DNA of 64,000 nt from Candidatus Woesebacteria bacterium (lineage in GTDB: Bacteria; Patescibacteriota; Microgenomatia; UBA8517): positions 176,463 through 240,462 of the forward strand of contig CP065002.1 of NCBI GenBank assembly GCA_016700095.1. The letters run 5' to 3'. The translations under genes and the position numbers were made by a program. Below, in pieces: positions 60,073 to 64,000 of this stretch (position 1 is the stretch's first letter; every line of letters starts with the position of its first letter). The notes beneath the pieces are model-generated. The model made no database searches. It was not told the origin of the DNA and saw nothing but the letters and a program-made list of their open reading frames with translations.

Positions 60073-60093
60073 CTTTTCAAACTTCTTAAAAAA

Positions 60094-61983
60094 ATGTCAC
60101 AAGAATTATTAAGACCTCGGGATAGTGGATTTTCACGAAGGGAAATAGATATGATTTATCAGAACATTGGAGTTGAGGGGCGTACTCGTCGTGAAATTGA
60201 CAACAAGGGAGTCGATGTAATAATCCCCCCGGATCTTTCAGGTGAAATCAGGGATGCTATGATGAATATATTCATTTGCATCTCGCGTCCAAATGATATA
60301 TGTGATCAACTGACAGATACTATGGGAATTCTGTCAAAATCACTAGTTATTAATAGACACAATTTGTTAGACCTCGAACTTTATTGGAGAAGCCAATTGG
60401 GACTCCAAAAGTTGGTGTTGGAGTCAGAACGTGGTGAACAGAACGCTGCTGAGATATTTGCGCGCACTGCCGATAATGGAGTAAAACTTGGTTTTTTTCA
60501 GGAAGGTGATGTGGGAAATTGGATCTGTTCAATTGGTGGAATGGCAATTATTGATCCACTTACTATTCGTTCGATGTTTGCTGAGGATAAAAAAGTAACG
60601 GAATTAGAGGGATTAACAAGATTTGGTTTTGCAATTGATGAGCATGAAGCGGCTTATGACCAAGATCCTGAAATGATAAACTTTGCAAGATTCATACAAA
60701 ATATTCCGAAAGAACTTCACGATAGACACATGACGGTAGATTCGGGATTGGCACGAACCGCCCAATCTGCGATGCAATTACTTTCTGAAGATTTTGATTT
60801 AGAACATGCGAGAGTAATCAGGCCTGCTCCTCCAGAACATATTATTCCGCTATTAGCTCTGGGTTTGGCAGATATCTTAACCTGGGAATCGTGGTCCGAG
60901 ATAGATGTAAAAGAGACTGCTTATAGAATGGCCCGAGCAATTAGAAGAAGGAGATCTAGTGTGGAATTTGTGGATTTGCTTACAATTACATTGGGTTTTG
61001 TTGAAAAAGAAAAAGCGAACAGTGGTGTGCTTGCGAATATTTCATTACATGGTAAGAAAATTGACAGCAAGCATGTAGGTAGCGGATTAACAAAAGTAAC
61101 AGATTTGTTGGGCGATAGGCATGGAAATGAACAGATATGTAAAAAGATTGGGAGAAATATTGTCCCCGAAATTGTATATCAAATGAGACTTGAGGGTTGG
61201 GCGGATGATAGATTATGGACATCTGAAGTATATAAAGCATTGGGAATAAGCCAGGTTGTGTTCAATAATCACACGAGGAAATTGCGAGATTTAGAGAAAA
61301 TACCTGGACACGAAATTGTGGGCACAAAAGGTGTAGTGGCGATTATATATGGACAATTTGAACCAATGACAGCAGCACACACTGAATTGATAATTGAAGT
61401 TGCACATTGTTTACCTGAATTTGTGAATGAAACAAGAGAGACGACATGGTTGGGTTTGGGTGTCAATTCGGGGAATCCTCGTAAAAGACATGAAAAGAGT
61501 GTTGGTATACGAAGGAATATGGTGCAAAAATCATTGATGGGAATTGGCGATGGAATATTCATGTGGCCTGAAAACGATGTATATGGACCGACTGCGCAAA
61601 GATTGACACAACACAAACAGCGATTTGGTCCTAGAGTGAAGGTTGTGAGAGCGTGCGGTATGGATTCGCTTTCAAACAACATGAAATATGAAAACCATCA
61701 GGATGGTGTGTATGATGATGACGCAGATTATCTAAATAAACAACGTTATATTTGGTTTTTGCAAAAAGCGGATATTAATCAGACGCCCAACCTGCTTTTA
61801 ATAAAATTGGGAGAGCTTTTCGCAAATTTTCCTGATTCTATGGTATTAGTTTGTCCTATGCCTGAATTACATAGTTCGTATTTTAGAGACCAAGTAGACG
61901 ATCTCCCTAACGATGTGCTTAAAACTTTGGTTCACCCTCGGATTGTAGGTGACGTAAGAGATAATTGGGGAAAAAAGGTATGA
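60094..61983 (+). CDS. large hypothetical protein with a C-terminal degenerate HxGH-type (cytidylyltransferase-like) nucleotidyltransferase domain
   Basis: GVVAIIYGQFEPMTAAHTELI resembles G.FDP.H.GH.L with the first His lost. Downstream SVGIRRNM resembles the SSTxIR motif. 629 aa, 21 nt after the regulator gene. Confidence 0.4.
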   Translation: MSQELLRPRDSGFSRREIDMIYQNIGVEGRTRREIDNKGVDVIIPPDLSGEIRDAMMNIFICISRPNDICDQLTDTMGILSKSLVINRHNLLDLELYWRSQLGLQKLVLESERGEQNAAEIFARTADNGVKLGFFQEGDVGNWICSIGGMAIIDPLTIRSMFAEDKKVTELEGLTRFGFAIDEHEAAYDQDPEMINFARFIQNIPKELHDRHMTVDSGLARTAQSAMQLLSEDFDLEHARVIRPAPPEHIIPLLALGLADILTWESWSEIDVKETAYRMARAIRRRRSSVEFVDLLTITLGFVEKEKANSGVLANISLHGKKIDSKHVGSGLTKVTDLLGDRHGNEQICKKIGRNIVPEIVYQMRLEGWADDRLWTSEVYKALGISQVVFNNHTRKLRDLEKIPGHEIVGTKGVVAIIYGQFEPMTAAHTELIIEVAHCLPEFVNETRETTWLGLGVNSGNPRKRHEKSVGIRRNMVQKSLMGIGDGIFMWPENDVYGPTAQRLTQHKQRFGPRVKVVRACGMDSLSNNMKYENHQDGVYDDDADYLNKQRYIWFLQKADINQTPNLLLIKLGELFANFPDSMVLVCPMPELHSSYFRDQVDDLPNDVLKTLVHPRIVGDVRDNWGKKV

Positions 61984-62197
61984 TACATCAGAATCAACTC
62001 AGGTAACCAGAGCCTGGTTCGTCAGATTTGCTTCAGATATACATCAAGCGTGTATATACATCGGATTATATACTTCATATATAAGCCAAAAAGATTGAGG
62101 GGAAATAGGCCAAAAGCCGAAAGGGGGGAAACACTTTCTCCTCAATCTCAAAAGCTTATAGGTTTTTTTCAGCTTATCTTAAGGAGTTACCTAAATA

Positions 62198-62422
62198 ATG
62201 GAAACATATAAACCCGCACTAGTTACCGATGTAAATAACGAATGTTTGGCTTTTGACGACCATTATGGCGATGAAAAATTTACCTTAAACTTAATTACTA
62301 TGAATACAGTAAAGAACGCGATAACTCAGTCCTTGATAACTTTTATGAAGGTGTATTTGTATTTAATTCTTGCACCGGTTTCTTTTATTGGTTATTGCTA
62401 CAAAGACAAAGTGCTTCTTTAA
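62198..62422 (+). CDS. small hypothetical protein
   Basis: 74-aa ORF with a hydrophobic C-terminus. Confidence 0.3.
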   Translation: METYKPALVTDVNNECLAFDDHYGDEKFTLNLITMNTVKNAITQSLITFMKVYLYLILAPVSFIGYCYKDKVLL

Positions 62423-62474
62423 TTTGATATTTGACGTAAGTTCAATTATTTGAAAAGATTGGGTCAGGTATACT

Positions 62475-62825
62475 TTGTTGGTAAGGGGGGTGATATTTGT
62501 GACTGAATTAAAAACCGGTTTAGATAAAAATACATCAAGCGCGCTTTGTTATGTTTTGGGACCAATTAGCGGCGTTTTCTTCTTGATTGTGGACAAAGAT
62601 CCGAAGGTTAGGTTTCATGCAATGCAATCAATTTTGGCGATTGGAGGATTAATTTTGTTGCAACTAGTTTTGTTTGCAACATTGATACTTGCACAGCTTG
62701 CTTCGCTAATTACCGTTGCCGTATTTGTTCTTTGGTTAGTACTTATTTACAAAGCGTGGTTGGGAGAAGATTGGGAAGTGCCATTTGTAGGAAAATGGGC
62801 ACATCAAGCGCTTAAGAAAGTGTAA
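62475..62825 (+). CDS. DUF4870-like small membrane protein
   Basis: SALCYVLGPISGVFFLIVDKDPKVRFHAMQSI plus two further TM helices, typical of DUF4870. Confidence 0.5.
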   Translation: MLVRGVIFVTELKTGLDKNTSSALCYVLGPISGVFFLIVDKDPKVRFHAMQSILAIGGLILLQLVLFATLILAQLASLITVAVFVLWLVLIYKAWLGEDWEVPFVGKWAHQALKKV

Positions 62826-62829
62826 CATT

Positions 62830-63468
62830 ATGAACTTGCAACAAGGCATGGTTCGATTATTGCGGGATAAGTATGGTTTCAATAACCCTGCGATTGAACA
62901 GGCGATGTTGCGGATTCCGCGTGAATGCTTTGTCAATAAGAGTTTGCGCTCTAGGGTCTATGACGATACTTCTTTGGATATTGGATTTGGTCAAACAATA
63001 AGTCAGCCGTATACGGTAGCTTGTATGACTTCGCTGTTGGATTTAAAAAAGACCGATATTGTTTTAGAAATTGGTACCGGCTCGGGTTATCAAACTGCAT
63101 TACTTTCTTTGTTGGCAAAATGGGTTTATACCGTTGAGAGAATACAAGCTTTGTCGGACAAGGCGGCAGAGATTACCGGAAAATTAGGTTTAACAAACAT
63201 ATCATTTGCCAATCGGTCAGGCGAGATTGGATGGGTAGAAAATTCTCCGTTTGATGCGATACTTATCACCGCCGGACTTACCGGCGAGGTTCCTCAACCG
63301 CTCTTTGATCAATTGGCGGCAGGTGGGAGACTTGTTGCCCCCGTTGGTGTTGGTGAAAAAAAGGTAATGACTAAATATACAAAAATTAATGAAAGTAAAT
63401 ATTCCAAGGAGTGTTTCGGTGAATTTTACTTCGTACCCTTTGTTTACAATGATACAATTAGCTCATGA
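62830..63468 (+). CDS. pcm: protein-L-isoaspartate O-methyltransferase
   Basis: ISQPYTVACMTSLLDL...VLEIGTGSGYQTALLS (SAM-binding motif I of PCMT). Confidence 0.85.
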   Translation: MNLQQGMVRLLRDKYGFNNPAIEQAMLRIPRECFVNKSLRSRVYDDTSLDIGFGQTISQPYTVACMTSLLDLKKTDIVLEIGTGSGYQTALLSLLAKWVYTVERIQALSDKAAEITGKLGLTNISFANRSGEIGWVENSPFDAILITAGLTGEVPQPLFDQLAAGGRLVAPVGVGEKKVMTKYTKINESKYSKECFGEFYFVPFVYNDTISS

Positions 63469-64000
63469 AATTAGTAATCGGACTTGGTAATCCGGGAAAG
63501 GAATACGACAAAACGCGTCACAATGTAGGGTACGCAGTAGTTGATACATTGGTTTCAGAAATTTCTCGAATACGAATTTGTGACGTTAAATTTCGCCATG
63601 ACCGGAAATTAAACAGTGAAATCGCAAAAGTTGATGATTTAGTATTTGCCAAGCCAACTACTTTTATGAATAATTCCGGCCTTGCTGTATCGAAACTTGC
63701 AAGTTACTTCAGAGTAGCAAGAAATGATATTTACGTTGTTCATGATGATCTTGATATAAATATCGGTGACTTTAAAATTCAAAACACAAAAGGTCCTCAC
63801 AACCACAACGGCGTACTGTCGGTCGAAGAACACCTGGGGGGTAGGGATTTTTGGAGAGTCAGGGTGGGAATAGAAAACAGAAAAAGAGTACACGACGACA
63901 CGAAAAGTAATTTGGCGTTTATACCGGGGGAAGATTACGTATTATCAAGGTTTGGTAAGGACGAAATTGGCATTGTCGACAAGGCGACAAAACAGATCGT
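63466..64000 (+). CDS. pth: peptidyl-tRNA hydrolase, 5' partial (runs off the window end)
   Basis: MKLVIGLGNPGKEYDKTRHNVGY is the canonical Pth N-terminus; no stop before 64000. Confidence 0.8.

Noticed and set aside
63639-63893. 84-aa minus-strand ORF
   Set aside because: It is antisense within the clearly recognisable pth coding region.

Overview
This is a low-GC, gene-dense chromosomal segment whose content and protein architectures (many small hypothetical proteins, secreted proteins with N-terminal low-complexity tails, ATP-dependent DNA ligase, few biosynthetic genes) fit a reduced-genome Patescibacteria/CPR-like bacterium; that lineage call is inference. Most of the window is housekeeping. 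It holds two paralogous class A penicillin-binding proteins. It holds NrdR followed by three tandem class II (adenosylcobalamin-dependent) ribonucleotide reductase paralogs. These are flanked by nucleotide-pool sanitising enzymes (NUDIX, MazG-like, and an ITPase further on) and a small cobalamin-handling island: a PduO-type adenosyltransferase, a small membrane protein that may be an ECF S-component, and a transcobalamin-like DUF4430 protein. Other housekeeping genes are TrpRS, a CsaA-like tRNA-binding protein, FtsH, a stand-alone 5'-3' exonuclease, MutM, RecF, NAD(P)HX dehydratase, an ATP-dependent DNA ligase, a P-type Ca-type ATPase with a CaCA exchanger, PCMT, and a partial Pth at the window end. 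Features worth a second look: (1) an orphan VirD4/TraG-like coupling ATPase with a small upstream partner; (2) two tRNA loci that each carry tandem partial duplications of the tRNA 3' part, one next to a tyrosine recombinase, which reads as integration-scar architecture; (3) a Tpt1/KptA-like protein whose gene is partly duplicated as a 115-bp direct repeat bracketing about 1.5 kb; (4) a two-gene module of a degenerate STAND-like NTPase fused to a C-terminal OmpR-type wHTH plus a 629-aa protein with a degenerate HxGH nucleotidyltransferase-like domain; (5) a GT4-GH36-like fusion protein and a decayed GT4 pseudogene; (6) several long non-coding stretches with strong terminators or paired hairpins that may hold small RNAs or a riboswitch. 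No CRISPR array, rRNA or intact prophage is visible.
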